64,000 nucleotides of DNA from Euzebya sp. (GTDB lineage: Bacteria; Actinomycetota; Nitriliruptoria; Euzebyales; Euzebyaceae): assembly GCA_051004735.1 (NCBI GenBank), contig JBPCKA010000013.1, forward strand, positions 1,099 through 65,098. Direction: 5' to 3'. Shown here in pieces: positions 39,847-49,370 of the stretch. The notes under the pieces were generated by a model, which was not told where the DNA came from, searched no databases, and was given only the letters and a program-made list of their open reading frames with translations. The position numbers and the translations under genes are program-made. Position 1 is the first letter of the stretch. Each line of letters starts with the position of its first letter.

Positions 39847-39922
39847 GTGCCGGTTGCACCCTTGCCGCATTTCCTTATTCTGTAGGATGGAACGCAGTTC
39901 TGCTGTAGACAGGAGGTGTAGC

Positions 39923-41023
39923 GTGACCCAACAACCAGTTGAGGGCTCCCCGGATACCGTTGATGAGTTCTATCGGGACCTGGCGCTGAACGACCTCGCG
40001 CCGCTGTGGCCTATCTCCGCTGAGTTGATGCCACCTTCGCCGAAGCCGGCCACCGTTGCGCACCTGTGGCGTTGGAAGACGCTGCGGGCCTTCGCAGAGC
40101 GCGCGGGTGAGTTGATCACCATTGAGCGAGGTGGAGATCGACGAGTGTTGTCGTTGGTGAATCCGGGCCTGGGCGGCGCGCCGTATGCCTCCTCCACATT
40201 ATGGGGTGCCGTTCAGTATCTGGGGCCTCGAGAGTCTGCGCCGGGGCACCGGCATACGCCCTCGGCAATCCGTTTTGTCGTTGAAGGCGACGGGGTGTGG
40301 ACCACGGTCGATGGTGATGCCTGCGATATGCACTCCGGTGATCTGATCCTCACGCCGTCGATGCACTGGCATGATCACAACAACCCCAGTGACCACGCCA
40401 TGATCTGGTTCGACGGTCTGGATCTGCCGACCATGAAGGCTCTGGACGCCATCTTCTTCGAGCCGTACGAACCCGATGACCTCCAACCCGTCCGGGGTCA
40501 TAATCTGTCCGAGCAGACCTGGGGCAATGGCGGGCTGCTCCCCCGCCACCACGATCATGATCGTCCTGCCTCGCCGCTATTGGTGTATCGCTGGGCGGAC
40601 ATGGACCGATCACTGGACACGTTGCTGCAGCGGCAGGGTGGACCGCTCGCGGTGATGGAATACACCAACCCGCTGACCGGAGGCCCCGCGCTGCCCACCT
40701 TGGGCTGCGAAATGCACCGCATCATGCCCCAGGGGCTGACCACCGCGTACCGCAAGACCGGGAGTTCGGTCTACGTGGTCTATCGCGGCGCGGGTTATTC
40801 CATCATCGACGGCCAGCGATTCGATTGGAGTCATGGCGACATGTTCGTGGTGCCGTCATGGTCGACCCTTGAACACCAGGCCAGCGAGCCGTCGGATCTG
40901 TTCGCGATCAGCGATCGTCCGATCTTGCAGGCTCTGCACGTCTTCCGTGAGGAGTGGCTGGGGCAGCAGTCAATCGTCTCCCACTTCGGCGACGAGCAGT
41001 CGCAGATCGGTGTACCGCAATGA
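39923..41023 (+). CDS. Gentisate 1,2-dioxygenase-like bicupin
   Basis: GTG start preceded by AGGAGG. HRHTPSAIRFVVEGDGVWTTVDG...MHSGDLILTP...WHDH matches the GDO first-cupin signature; second cupin YVVYRGAGYSIIDGQRFDW. Confidence 0.75.
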   Translation: MTQQPVEGSPDTVDEFYRDLALNDLAPLWPISAELMPPSPKPATVAHLWRWKTLRAFAERAGELITIERGGDRRVLSLVNPGLGGAPYASSTLWGAVQYLGPRESAPGHRHTPSAIRFVVEGDGVWTTVDGDACDMHSGDLILTPSMHWHDHNNPSDHAMIWFDGLDLPTMKALDAIFFEPYEPDDLQPVRGHNLSEQTWGNGGLLPRHHDHDRPASPLLVYRWADMDRSLDTLLQRQGGPLAVMEYTNPLTGGPALPTLGCEMHRIMPQGLTTAYRKTGSSVYVVYRGAGYSIIDGQRFDWSHGDMFVVPSWSTLEHQASEPSDLFAISDRPILQALHVFREEWLGQQSIVSHFGDEQSQIGVPQ

Positions 41024-41856
41024 GATTGCTGAGCGTCAGAACCGCCCAAGGCCACCGCGCAGGGCGCCTGGACGGCGATGACGTCGTCCTGCTGCCCTTC
41101 AGCGACGTCGGCGCTCTGCTTGCCTCCGGAGATGACTGGCGTGCAGCCGCTGAGGCGAGCGGGCCCAGCCAACCCTATGAGGGCAGCGACCTTGCTCCGG
41201 TTGTGCCGGCCCCCAGCAAGGTGCTGTGCCTGGGTTTGAACTACGCCAGCCACATCCTGGAGATGGGCCGGGAGCTTCCCCCGCACCCGACCATGTTCGC
41301 CAAGTTCGCCCGAACCCTGACCGGACCCAACGACCCCATCACCTTGCCAACCGAATCTGATGAGGTTGACTGGGAGGTCGAGCTCGCACTGGTCATCGGC
41401 GCGACAGCCCGACACGTTTCCGTCGACCAGGCGGGTGCGGTGATCGCGGGGTACACCATCGCCAATGACATCAGCATGCGGGACTGGCAGTGGCGTTCCG
41501 CACAGTGGCTTCAAGGCAAGATGTTTGAGGCCAGCACGCCGGTCGGTCCCATGCTGGTCACGACAGACGAGTTCGATGGTGATCCCGGCGCCCCTGACGT
41601 GGAGGTCATCTGCGAGGTGGACGGCCAGGTGATGCAGCAATCGCGGACCGGTGACCTGCTGTTCACCCCCGCCGACATCGTGGCCTATGCCAGCTCAATC
41701 CTGACGTTGGATCCCGGCGATCTGCTGTTGACCGGGACACCAGGAGGGGTCGGTGCCGGCCGTGATCCGAAGGTGTTTCTGAAACCAGGGCAGACCGTTC
41801 GAACCTCCATCGAGGGAATCGGTCAACTGAGCAACCTGTGCCAGGAGCCAGGGTGA
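41020..41856 (+). CDS. Fumarylacetoacetate-hydrolase (FAH) family protein (fumarylpyruvate hydrolase-like)
   Basis: ATGA overlap with the dioxygenase stop; KVLCLGLNYASH, WEVELALVIG, GYTIANDISMRDWQ, LLTGTPGGVG FAH-fold motifs. Confidence 0.8.
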   Translation: MRLLSVRTAQGHRAGRLDGDDVVLLPFSDVGALLASGDDWRAAAEASGPSQPYEGSDLAPVVPAPSKVLCLGLNYASHILEMGRELPPHPTMFAKFARTLTGPNDPITLPTESDEVDWEVELALVIGATARHVSVDQAGAVIAGYTIANDISMRDWQWRSAQWLQGKMFEASTPVGPMLVTTDEFDGDPGAPDVEVICEVDGQVMQQSRTGDLLFTPADIVAYASSILTLDPGDLLLTGTPGGVGAGRDPKVFLKPGQTVRTSIEGIGQLSNLCQEPG

Positions 41857-42350
41857 GTGAGGGCGAGGGACCCTGGGAGTCCGCGACGGCTGTCCGCGCG
41901 GACAACGGCGAGTTGGATAGAACACTGCGCGGCCTGCTGCAACAGGTGCCCTCCTCACGCCTGGGCGACCGGCCACAGGAAGAGGAGTGGAACCTGGCAC
42001 AGAACCTGGCGCACCTCGGGGAGTTTCCGGCGTTCTTCGCCCAAGAACTCAAGGTGATCCTGAGTGCCGCGGAGGAGGACCTGCAGGTGGGCCGAACCCA
42101 CGACCACCCAGATCGAAATCTTGCGATCGATTCGGCATCCGACCAGGACCTGGACCAACTCAAGGACGCCATAGACAGCGCACTCGATCAACTCGCCCGG
42201 GTCCTTGAGTCGCTGCAGGACGACGACCTGACCCGCGTGATCACCAATCGCAAATACGGTCCCGAACCGCTGAAGGACTACCTGAAGCGCTACATCCTGG
42301 GCCACAAGCGGGCGCATGTCGATCAGTTGAGTCGCGCCCTGCGGGCATGA
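41853..42350 (+). CDS. DinB_2-family protein, candidate mycothiol-dependent maleylpyruvate isomerase (short form)
   Basis: GTGA overlap with the FAH stop; EEWNLAQNLAHLGEFPAFFAQEL...HVDQL DinB-type metal motif; sits where the isomerase of the gentisate pathway is expected. Confidence 0.45.
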   Translation: MSEGEGPWESATAVRADNGELDRTLRGLLQQVPSSRLGDRPQEEEWNLAQNLAHLGEFPAFFAQELKVILSAAEEDLQVGRTHDHPDRNLAIDSASDQDLDQLKDAIDSALDQLARVLESLQDDDLTRVITNRKYGPEPLKDYLKRYILGHKRAHVDQLSRALRA

Positions 42351-42374
42351 GCGGGGACCCTCCCCTGATCCACC

Positions 42375-43433
42375 TTAGACGTGGCCGCGTGCCACCAGTT
42401 CCTCGGCGATCTGCACGGTGTTCAAGGCCGCACCCTTCAGCAGGTTGTCCCCCACACACCAGAAATTCAGGGAGTGGTCGTCGTGAAGGTCTTGCCTCAC
42501 ACGCCCCACCGCGACCTCGTCTCGGCCGGCGAACTCAAGTGGGGTCGGCAGGTCTGCCACGACCAGGCCGGGAAAGCCATCCAGGGCTCGTAGTGCCGCC
42601 TGCCTGCTAACCGACCCGACGAAGGTGGCACGGATCTGCACCGCGTGCCCCGCAACCACGGGAACACGTACGCAGGTCGGGGCCACCTCAAGATCTGTGA
42701 TCCCCAAGATCTTGCGCGACTCATGCAGAAGCTTCATCTCCTCATCGGTGTAGCCGTTGTCATCCAAGGTGCCGAGCTGCGGGATCACGTTGAAGGCGAT
42801 GGCGGTGGGGAAGGTGTCGGGGGTGACCAGCTTGGCTGCGGCCTGCCCGTCTGTCCGCAACAGTTCCCACTGGTCAAATAACGGCTGTACCTGCTGACGC
42901 AGTTCGTCCATTCCCGATTGTCCGGCCCCGCCGGCCGCCTGGTAGCTGGTCGCGACCATCGACACCAATGTGAAGGCGTCGTGCAATGCCTTCAGCGGCA
43001 GCATCGCCGTCATCGTGGTGCAGTTCGGGTTGGCGATGATGCCTTTGGGCGGACGCTCGGCCAACTTCTCGCCGTTGACCTCGGTCACCACCAAAGGCAC
43101 ATCCGGGTCCATCCGAAACGCCGAGGAGTTGTCGACGACCAGGGCGCCGGCGGCCACGGCACGCGGAGCGTGGTCGCGCGAGCGGTCACCACCCGCGCTG
43201 AACAAGGCGATGTCGACTCCGTCAAAGGCGTCGGCATCGCTCAGGTCGCGCACGGTGATGTCACGGTCGCGCCACCTGATGACCGTTCCCGCTGACCGCG
43301 GCGAGGCCAACAGGACCAGGTCGTCCAGGGGGAAATCGCGACGGTCCAACAGGCGTCGCAAGTCCTGACCGACAGCACCGGTCGCACCGGCGATGGCAAC
43401 TCGACGGCTGTGGGACGAATCGCTTGCGGCCAT
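42375..43433 (-). CDS. asd: Aspartate-semialdehyde dehydrogenase
   Basis: VAIAGATGAVG NAD motif, IANPNCTT active-site Cys region, C-terminal NLLKGAALN. Confidence 0.9.
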   Translation of the reverse strand: MAASDSSHSRRVAIAGATGAVGQDLRRLLDRRDFPLDDLVLLASPRSAGTVIRWRDRDITVRDLSDADAFDGVDIALFSAGGDRSRDHAPRAVAAGALVVDNSSAFRMDPDVPLVVTEVNGEKLAERPPKGIIANPNCTTMTAMLPLKALHDAFTLVSMVATSYQAAGGAGQSGMDELRQQVQPLFDQWELLRTDGQAAAKLVTPDTFPTAIAFNVIPQLGTLDDNGYTDEEMKLLHESRKILGITDLEVAPTCVRVPVVAGHAVQIRATFVGSVSRQAALRALDGFPGLVVADLPTPLEFAGRDEVAVGRVRQDLHDDHSLNFWCVGDNLLKGAALNTVQIAEELVARGHV

Positions 43434-43434
43434 G

Positions 43435-44703
43435 TCAGTATCCTTCCACGCTGACGGGGGCATCAGTGTCCAGGCCGAACTCGCTGTGAATGGCCCCCAC
43501 CGCCACCTCCACGTCGGCCTCGTTTACCACCACCGATATCCGGATGGTCGAAGTGGAGATCATGTCGATGTTCACCCCCGCCTTGGAGAGTGCGGTGAAC
43601 ATGCGCGCGGCTACCCCGGGGTTGGTCTTCATGCCGGCCCCGACCAGTGAGACCTTCCCGATTTTCTCATCGACCTCAAGGCCTGCCGCGCTCACCTCAC
43701 TGATCAGGGGTTCCAACACGTCACGCGCGGCCTTGGCGTCGGTCAGCGGGATGGTGAAGGTCATGTCCGTTGTCCCATCCGCGCTGACGTTCTGCACGAT
43801 CATGTCCACGTTGACGTTTGCCTGTGCCAGCACCGTGAACACCCGCGCGGCGACACCAGGTTTGTCGGGTACGCCACGAACCGTGACCTTGCCCTCTGAT
43901 CGGTCGTGTGCGACCCCGGAGATGATGGCTTGTTCCATTGCCTGTTCCTCGGTCGGATCAGCGATCACCCAAGTGCCCTCGTGGTGACTGAAGCTTGAGC
44001 GGACGTGAATGTCCACCCCATGATTTCGGCCGAACTCGACGGCCCGGACCTGCAGCACACCAGCGCCACTGGCAGCCAGTTCCAGCATCTCATCGGCGGT
44101 GATGCGTTCGACCTTGCGTGCCGACGGCACGATCCGTGGATCGGCGGTGTACACCCCGTCCACATCGGTGTAGATCTCACAGACATGCGCGCCAAGCGCA
44201 CCTGCCAGTGCGACGGCGGTGGTGTCCGAACCACCGCGTCCCAACGTCGTCACATCCTTGGTGGTGCGGGAGACGCCCTGGAAGCCGGCCACGATCACTA
44301 CGTGCCCCTCCGACAGTGCCTGGGTGATGCGACCTGGGGTGATGTCGAGGATCTTGGCCTTGCCGTGAAACTCATCGGTGATGATGCCTGCCTGGGATCC
44401 TGTGAACGATCGTGCCGTCAGCCCCTCCTCCTGGATGGCCATGGCCAGCAGTGCCATCGAGATCCGTTCACCCGCGGTCAGGAGCATGTCCATCTCACGT
44501 CCCGCTGGATGGGCAGAGATCTCCTCGGCCTGGCGAATCATCAGGTCTGTGGTCTTGCCCATCGCCGAGACGACCACGACGACGTCGTTGCCCTGCCGTT
44601 GCGTCCGCGCGATGCGGTCAGCCACCCGCTTGATGCGGTCGGTGTCAGCAACAGAGGTGCCCCCGTACTTCTGCACGATGATGGGCGCGTTCGAACCGCT
44701 CAT
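43435..44703 (-). CDS. ask: Aspartate kinase
   Basis: [10 protein letters not shown] kinase motif and two C-terminal ACT domains; adjacent to asd as in the actinobacterial ask-asd operon. Confidence 0.9.
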   Translation of the reverse strand: MSGSNAPIIVQKYGGTSVADTDRIKRVADRIARTQRQGNDVVVVVSAMGKTTDLMIRQAEEISAHPAGREMDMLLTAGERISMALLAMAIQEEGLTARSFTGSQAGIITDEFHGKAKILDITPGRITQALSEGHVVIVAGFQGVSRTTKDVTTLGRGGSDTTAVALAGALGAHVCEIYTDVDGVYTADPRIVPSARKVERITADEMLELAASGAGVLQVRAVEFGRNHGVDIHVRSSFSHHEGTWVIADPTEEQAMEQAIISGVAHDRSEGKVTVRGVPDKPGVAARVFTVLAQANVNVDMIVQNVSADGTTDMTFTIPLTDAKAARDVLEPLISEVSAAGLEVDEKIGKVSLVGAGMKTNPGVAARMFTALSKAGVNIDMISTSTIRISVVVNEADVEVAVGAIHSEFGLDTDAPVSVEGY

Positions 44704-44741
44704 GGTGGCATCGATGCTACCGGCTCATCCCTCGAAGGCGC

Positions 44742-45206
44742 TCAGGGGGCTTGCCCCGGATCTGGATGCAATTTCTTGGGTAGGTACGCCGCGCCGGGTC
44801 CCCGCTCGGCCAGGTAGTCGTCAGGATTTGACATGCGGCAGCGTTGTAACGATAGGCAGCCGCACCCGATGCAGCCGTCCAGACCGTCGCGGAGTTTCTC
44901 GATGGCGTGGATCTCGGTGTCCAGTCGGGCACGCCACCCGCGCGAGATCCGGGTCCAATCAGCCTTGGTCGGCGTTCTGGACTGCGGCAACTGCTCCAAC
45001 GCTTGCGCAATCTCCTCCAAGGTCAGCCCGACATGCTTGGCTGCCGCGATGAACGCCAGCCGTCGCAGGACATCGCGGTGATAGCGCCGCTGCCCACCAG
45101 TGCTGCGGTGCGCGGTCACCAGGCCCTTGCGCTCGTAAAAGCGCAGCGCTGAGGGAGCAAAGCCACTGCGTGTGGCCACATCGCTGACGGTCAACTCATC
45201 TGACAT
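44742..45206 (-). CDS. soxR: MerR-family redox sensor SoxR
   Basis: MerR HTH (LTVSDVATRSGFAPSALRFYERKGL) plus the SoxR-specific CIGCGCLSLQRC [2Fe-2S] motif. Confidence 0.85.
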   Translation of the reverse strand: MSDELTVSDVATRSGFAPSALRFYERKGLVTAHRSTGGQRRYHRDVLRRLAFIAAAKHVGLTLEEIAQALEQLPQSRTPTKADWTRISRGWRARLDTEIHAIEKLRDGLDGCIGCGCLSLQRCRMSNPDDYLAERGPGAAYLPKKLHPDPGQAP

Positions 45207-45231
45207 GATCTCCGCCGTTCGAAAATCGGGG

Positions 45232-45262
45232 TTGACTTAAACTTAACTTCAACTTCTACAGT
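45232..45262 (+). promoter_or_regulatory. MerR/SoxR-type promoter: TTGACT (-35, 45232-45237), 19-bp spacer, TACAGT (-10, 45257-45262), 6 nt before the SDR ATG
   Basis: Seen in sequence; a 19-bp spacer is the hallmark of MerR-activated promoters. The spacer TAAACTTAACTTCAACTTC is AACTT-rich, partly symmetric. Confidence 0.5.
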
Positions 45263-45268
45263 AGCGTT

Positions 45269-45991
45269 ATGACTGAGACGACACAACGAACAGCGCTGGT
45301 GACCGGCGCCTCACGAGGACTTGGATTAGCCCTGACCAGCGGGCTGGTCGCGGAAGGCTGGCGGGTGATCGCCACCGCCCGCCACGGCACCGAACTGGCT
45401 CAGGCGACCGCGCCGCTGGGAAACGGGGTTATCCCGGTGTCGGGCGATGTCGCCGATCCGCAACATCAAGCCGAGTTGGCACGGGCCGTAGCTGACGGTC
45501 TGGATCTGCTGGTCAACAACGCAAGCTCCCTGGGTCCAAGCCCCCTGCCTGCTCTGGGCGGTGTCGACCTTGACGCCGTCCACCGGGTGTATGAGGTCAA
45601 TGTGCATGCCCCCTTGGCCCTGATCCAGGCCACCCTGCCGGCATTGCGGAGCGCCGGCGGCATGATCATGAACATCTCCTCCGATGCCGCCATCGGGGCG
45701 TGGGAGGGATGGGGGGTCTACGGCTCGTCCAAGGCCGCTTTGGATCAGCTCACCGCCGTGTTGGCAGCAGAGAATCCGGACCTGGCCGTCTACGCGGTGG
45801 ACCCCGGGGACATGCGAACACAGATGCATGCCGACGCCTTCCCCGGTGAGGACATCTCCGATCGACCGCTGCCCGACACGGTTGTCCCACCACTGCTGGC
45901 GCTGATCTCGCAGCGTCCGGCAAGTGGCCGCTACCGGGCACAGGAGTTCGTCGGCAATCGCCAGACCGATCAACAGGTGGAGGTGGCATGA
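45269..45991 (+). CDS. SDR-family oxidoreductase (probable SoxR target)
   Basis: TGASRGLGLA, NNAS, YGSSKAA motifs. Confidence 0.8.
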   Translation: MTETTQRTALVTGASRGLGLALTSGLVAEGWRVIATARHGTELAQATAPLGNGVIPVSGDVADPQHQAELARAVADGLDLLVNNASSLGPSPLPALGGVDLDAVHRVYEVNVHAPLALIQATLPALRSAGGMIMNISSDAAIGAWEGWGVYGSSKAALDQLTAVLAAENPDLAVYAVDPGDMRTQMHADAFPGEDISDRPLPDTVVPPLLALISQRPASGRYRAQEFVGNRQTDQQVEVA

Positions 45992-47034
45992 CCGCCGCGA
46001 CGCAGCCACGACCAACCGTGACCTTTGAGGTTCCGCCTGACCGCTGGGCCATGGAACCACCTGAGGCTCGAGATGTTCCGCGGGACCAGGTTCGACTGCT
46101 GGTGGCCAGCCCGGGTCACACCGCCCATGTGCGGTTTGCCGACCTGGACCGATTCCTGCGACCCGGCGATGCGGTGGTCATCAACACCTCGGCAACCCGC
46201 CCGGCCGCGATCCAGGCCACACACGTGTCCGGACCTGCGGTGGTGCATATGTCGACCGAGCATCCCGACGGTTCGTGGACGGTGGAATTGCGTCGACCCG
46301 ATGGCTCGGGGCCGATCCTTGATGCCGGCCCGGGCGATGTGATCGCCCTGGACGGAGGCGGCCATGTCCGGCTTGGGTCCCCTTCCGCGGCAGGCCCGGA
46401 CGGGCGGGGCGTTCGTCTGTGGCGTGCGTCGGTGACGGTGAGCGGACGGGTGTCAGCCCACCTTCGTGACCACGGCCGGCCCATCACCTACGGTCCACAA
46501 CGGTTTCCGCTGAGTGACTACCAGACCGTGTTCGCCCGCCATCCGGGCAGCGCCGAGATGCCTTCAGCCGGACGTCCCTTCAGCGCGGGACTGGTGACCC
46601 GACTGGTGGCCCGGGGAATTGCGGTCCTGCCGATCACCCTGCATGCCGGCGTCTCCTCACAGGACGCGGGTGAGGCACCCCAACCTGAATGGTTCGACGT
46701 TCCTGCCTACACCGCCGCCCACCTCAACCTCACCAGACGCCTGGGAGGGCGCGTGATCGCCGTGGGCACGACCGTGACCAGGGCCCTTGAATCAGCGGTT
46801 GAGGGGCAGACAGTCATCGCCCGGCGGGAATGGACCGATCTGCTCATCACACCTGAACGAGGGGTGATGATCATCCAGGGATTGATCACCGGCTGGCATG
46901 AACCCCAGGCATCCCACCTGCAGCTACTCCAGGCTGTCGCGGGAACCGCACTGGTCCAGCACGCCTATGAGGAGGCAGTCGCCGGGCCATACCTGTGGCA
47001 TGAGTTCGGCGACAGCTGCCTACTGCTCCCCTGA
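45988..47034 (+). CDS. queA: S-adenosylmethionine:tRNA ribosyltransferase-isomerase
   Basis: AVGTTVTRALES, GWHEPQASHLQLL and LFGDSCLL-type C-terminus typical of QueA. Confidence 0.7.
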   Translation: MTAATQPRPTVTFEVPPDRWAMEPPEARDVPRDQVRLLVASPGHTAHVRFADLDRFLRPGDAVVINTSATRPAAIQATHVSGPAVVHMSTEHPDGSWTVELRRPDGSGPILDAGPGDVIALDGGGHVRLGSPSAAGPDGRGVRLWRASVTVSGRVSAHLRDHGRPITYGPQRFPLSDYQTVFARHPGSAEMPSAGRPFSAGLVTRLVARGIAVLPITLHAGVSSQDAGEAPQPEWFDVPAYTAAHLNLTRRLGGRVIAVGTTVTRALESAVEGQTVIARREWTDLLITPERGVMIIQGLITGWHEPQASHLQLLQAVAGTALVQHAYEEAVAGPYLWHEFGDSCLLLP

Positions 47035-48156
47035 CCCGCCAGCCTGCGGGCCACCTGCCGAGGGGGTTGTGGGCTCAGACTCGCTGTCTTCCAGTGGGGG
47101 GATGAACACTTCTGGGACAGGACGCGTTCGGCCCTCTCGTGAGACGGAGGGGACCTGCTCACCCTCGGGTGGTGGTGGTGCACCGTCGAAGGCGAGTTCG
47201 CCCGTCTGAGACGTGCGGTACTGGGTCAGCGGGTACAGGTTGGGGATCAGGTTGCCGTCAGCGTCACGCCGGTAGTCGGTTTCAAGGCCGAAACGATCAA
47301 AGGGATAGCCGAACCCGTCGGTGACGTCCTGTAGCACCAACGGGTTGCCCACCCCGTCGTACAACAGCACGTCCTGTAGTGGGTTGCCGTCCGTGTCGAA
47401 GGCATAGATGTTGGTGACCGGATCAAGGCCGGGCAGCGTGAGCGCCCGCTGACCGCCTTCAAGTTGTGAGAGAGCAAGGTCAAGCTCACCGTAAACGCCG
47501 CCGTCCAAGGGCTCGGGGTAGAAATCGTTGGAGCCGGATACAGCCTGAACAAGCAGGCCAAAGACAGCGACGACCGACAGTATCCGGACGGCAAGTCCAC
47601 GTCCCCGCGCGGAGGTATCCATCCGTCCCGCGCCGACCTCGACGCTGGCATAGATCAGACCTGCGGTGACAACCAACCCGGTCAGGGAATTGCCCAGAAC
47701 CTGCGGAACCGGAAACTCGTCCTTACCGACCCAGCCACCATCCAGGATGCTTGCCACCACGGCCAACCCATATCCTCGGGCGACCCACCACGCCGGTCGT
47801 AGCTGCCGTAGCCACTGTCCGGCCGCCACCATGCGCGGTGAAGCGGCCAGGCTCTGGCGCCGCTGGTGGAGTGACCCCAGCAAGCCCCGCCGAGTCGGCT
47901 GCGTGGACAGGCCGGCGGAGTCCACCAACTCTGCCGCGTAGTCATCCGGCGCACCCAACCGATCAGCCAGATCGACCGTGTCGCCCTCCTCCTCAAGCAG
48001 GGCATCGATGTGGGTGCGCAGGTCGTCCAGCAGGTCCTGGCGCTCCTCGGCGTCAACCCCACCCAGCGCCTGTTCGACGGCCAGGATGTAGGAGGTGGCA
48101 GCGGGGGGCCATGGATCGATGGTCGGTGCAGCGGGTGCGGTGGTCTTGGTTACCAT
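47020..48156 (-). CDS. HAAS-domain (DUF1700-like) membrane sensor partner of PadR, with Pro/Gly-rich C-terminal tail
   Basis: N-terminal YILAVEQALGGVDAEERQDLLDDLRTHIDALLEE is the HAAS helix-pair; 4-5 TM helices follow; 4-nt overlap with padR. Confidence 0.6.
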   Translation of the reverse strand: MVTKTTAPAAPTIDPWPPAATSYILAVEQALGGVDAEERQDLLDDLRTHIDALLEEEGDTVDLADRLGAPDDYAAELVDSAGLSTQPTRRGLLGSLHQRRQSLAASPRMVAAGQWLRQLRPAWWVARGYGLAVVASILDGGWVGKDEFPVPQVLGNSLTGLVVTAGLIYASVEVGAGRMDTSARGRGLAVRILSVVAVFGLLVQAVSGSNDFYPEPLDGGVYGELDLALSQLEGGQRALTLPGLDPVTNIYAFDTDGNPLQDVLLYDGVGNPLVLQDVTDGFGYPFDRFGLETDYRRDADGNLIPNLYPLTQYRTSQTGELAFDGAPPPPEGEQVPSVSREGRTRPVPEVFIPPLEDSESEPTTPSAGGPQAGGSGEQ

Positions 48157-48485
48157 CAGCGTGTCGTCCCCATTTCAAGGATGCCTGACATGTGGTCTGT
48201 GAACGTGTCCCACACCTTGCGCGAATGCTCCAGCTGGTCTTTGCCCGAGTCGGTCAGCGCGTAGTACTTGCGGTTGGGACCCGAGTCGCTTGGCACGACG
48301 TAGCTGGACAGTGCGCCCGCGCGATACAGGCGGCGCAACGTCCCATAGACAGAGGCGTCGCCGACTTCCTCCAACCCACCTTCCCGCAATCGACGCAGGA
48401 CGTCGTACCCGTAGGCGTCGGCCTCTTCCAGGACGGCCAGGACAGCCAGGTCCAAGACACCTCGCAACAGTTGTGTGATCTCCAT
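48156..48485 (-). CDS. PadR-family transcriptional regulator
   Basis: LAVLAVLEEADAYGYDVLRRL...SVYGTLRRLYRAG...KYYALTDSG wHTH. Confidence 0.85.
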   Translation of the reverse strand: MEITQLLRGVLDLAVLAVLEEADAYGYDVLRRLREGGLEEVGDASVYGTLRRLYRAGALSSYVVPSDSGPNRKYYALTDSGKDQLEHSRKVWDTFTDHMSGILEMGTTR

Positions 48486-48494
48486 TACGGGTCA

Positions 48495-48506
48495 CACAGT
48501 ACTGTG
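48495..48506. promoter_or_regulatory. Perfect 12-bp palindrome CACAGTACTGTG, 10 bp upstream of the padR start codon; candidate PadR operator
   Basis: Seen in sequence (self-complementary). Confidence 0.5.
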
Positions 48507-48866
48507 CCGTGCGTAGTAGTCAAGTCCTTTCTTCAGCCGCTCCCAGCGAGACCAGGAGGAACGTGAGGGTTCGCGAGGCCCCAGCTCAAGCTGGGAGCCA
48601 CGACGACACGCTGTCCGTCGCTTCATCGACGTCCGACGCCGCTTTGGGACATTTCGTGAAGGCGTGGCCAACCGGCGCTGAACGAAGAGATGTCCCGTTA
48701 TCCGGACCGGTGCTCTGGTGGGGCACTGGGGTTTGTCGTCGGCCTCGTTCCTTCGTGGTCGCCTGCGTGAGCAGGGGTCTCATCGGCGGTTGGGGTCGGG
48801 AGCTGCCCGGTTCGGTGCGCAGAACCAGCCGTGGCGGCTGGTGGCCGGGTTCCCTTACCCACACCA

Positions 48867-49100
48867 TCAAGTGTGGGGTTGGGGGTGTCGGTTGACGCGA
48901 GTGTGGGTGTGGGCATGGCGAGGCCGTCGGTACACGACGGTGGCGAGTTGGCGCTTGAGCTTGCGGAGCGCCTCGAGCTTGCCGTTGCCCTCCGCGACCT
49001 TCCGAAGGTAGTAGGTGCGGCGTCGGCATGCTCCAGACACTCGCCTACGACGATCCCGGCCGAGTGCGGCCCTTCCAGTAGCCAGGCCGTCGGTGATCAT
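48867..49100 (-). mobile_element. IS110-family transposase C-terminal fragment (remnant only)
   Basis: YY-x-RK-x-AEG-x-GK-x-EALR-x-LKR-x-LA-x-VVYRR pattern recognised from memory of IS110/IS116/IS902 C-termini; no DEDD N-terminal domain anywhere nearby. Confidence 0.35.
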
Positions 49101-49370
49101 GGCGACGGCCAGGATGTGGATCACGTCGCCATGGACCAGATATGCCAGGTGGTACGGAAAGCGGGCCACAGCCAGTCGACGTACCGTCAAGTCAGCCGAA
49201 AGTCCCTCGATGGGTACGCCGGTGTTCGGCCAGGCGCGTGCGTGCTGGATGGTCCGGTCCACGGCAGCGAGGAACTGCAGGCCAAGACCATCACGCTGGT
49301 CGTCATACCAGAGAGCGGCGGCTTCCAGTTCCGTTGCCGCCCCGGCGTGGACAGCAACCGGCAGGGTCAC
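48867..49370 (-). CDS. ParE/RelE-family toxin (domain about 49101-49370) whose reading frame continues into an IS110-like transposase C-terminal remnant
   Basis: GTG start in GTGA overlap with the antitoxin stop. ELEAAALWYDDQRDGLGLQFLAAVDRTIQHARAWPNTG...RRLAVARFPYHLAYLVHGDVIHILAVA matches ParE toxins. The ORF does not stop at the expected end; it continues with ...RRRTYYLRKVAEGNGKLEALRKLKRQLATVVYRR, which resembles the conserved C-terminus of IS110-family transposases. Confidence 0.55.
   Translation of the reverse strand: MTLPVAVHAGAATELEAAALWYDDQRDGLGLQFLAAVDRTIQHARAWPNTGVPIEGLSADLTVRRLAVARFPYHLAYLVHGDVIHILAVAMITDGLATGRAALGRDRRRRVSGACRRRTYYLRKVAEGNGKLEALRKLKRQLATVVYRRPRHAHTHTRVNRHPQPHT

Noticed and set aside
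39870-39906. Possible fifth IclR-type site ATTCTG-N-CAGTTCTGC upstream of the dioxygenase gene
   Set aside because: Only half-site-like fragments, not a palindrome with the 3-nt spacer seen in the four good copies; kept as a remark, not a feature.
44704-44741. Lysine riboswitch upstream of aspartate kinase
   Set aside because: Only 38 bp separate the ask start from the soxR stop, far too short for a riboswitch.
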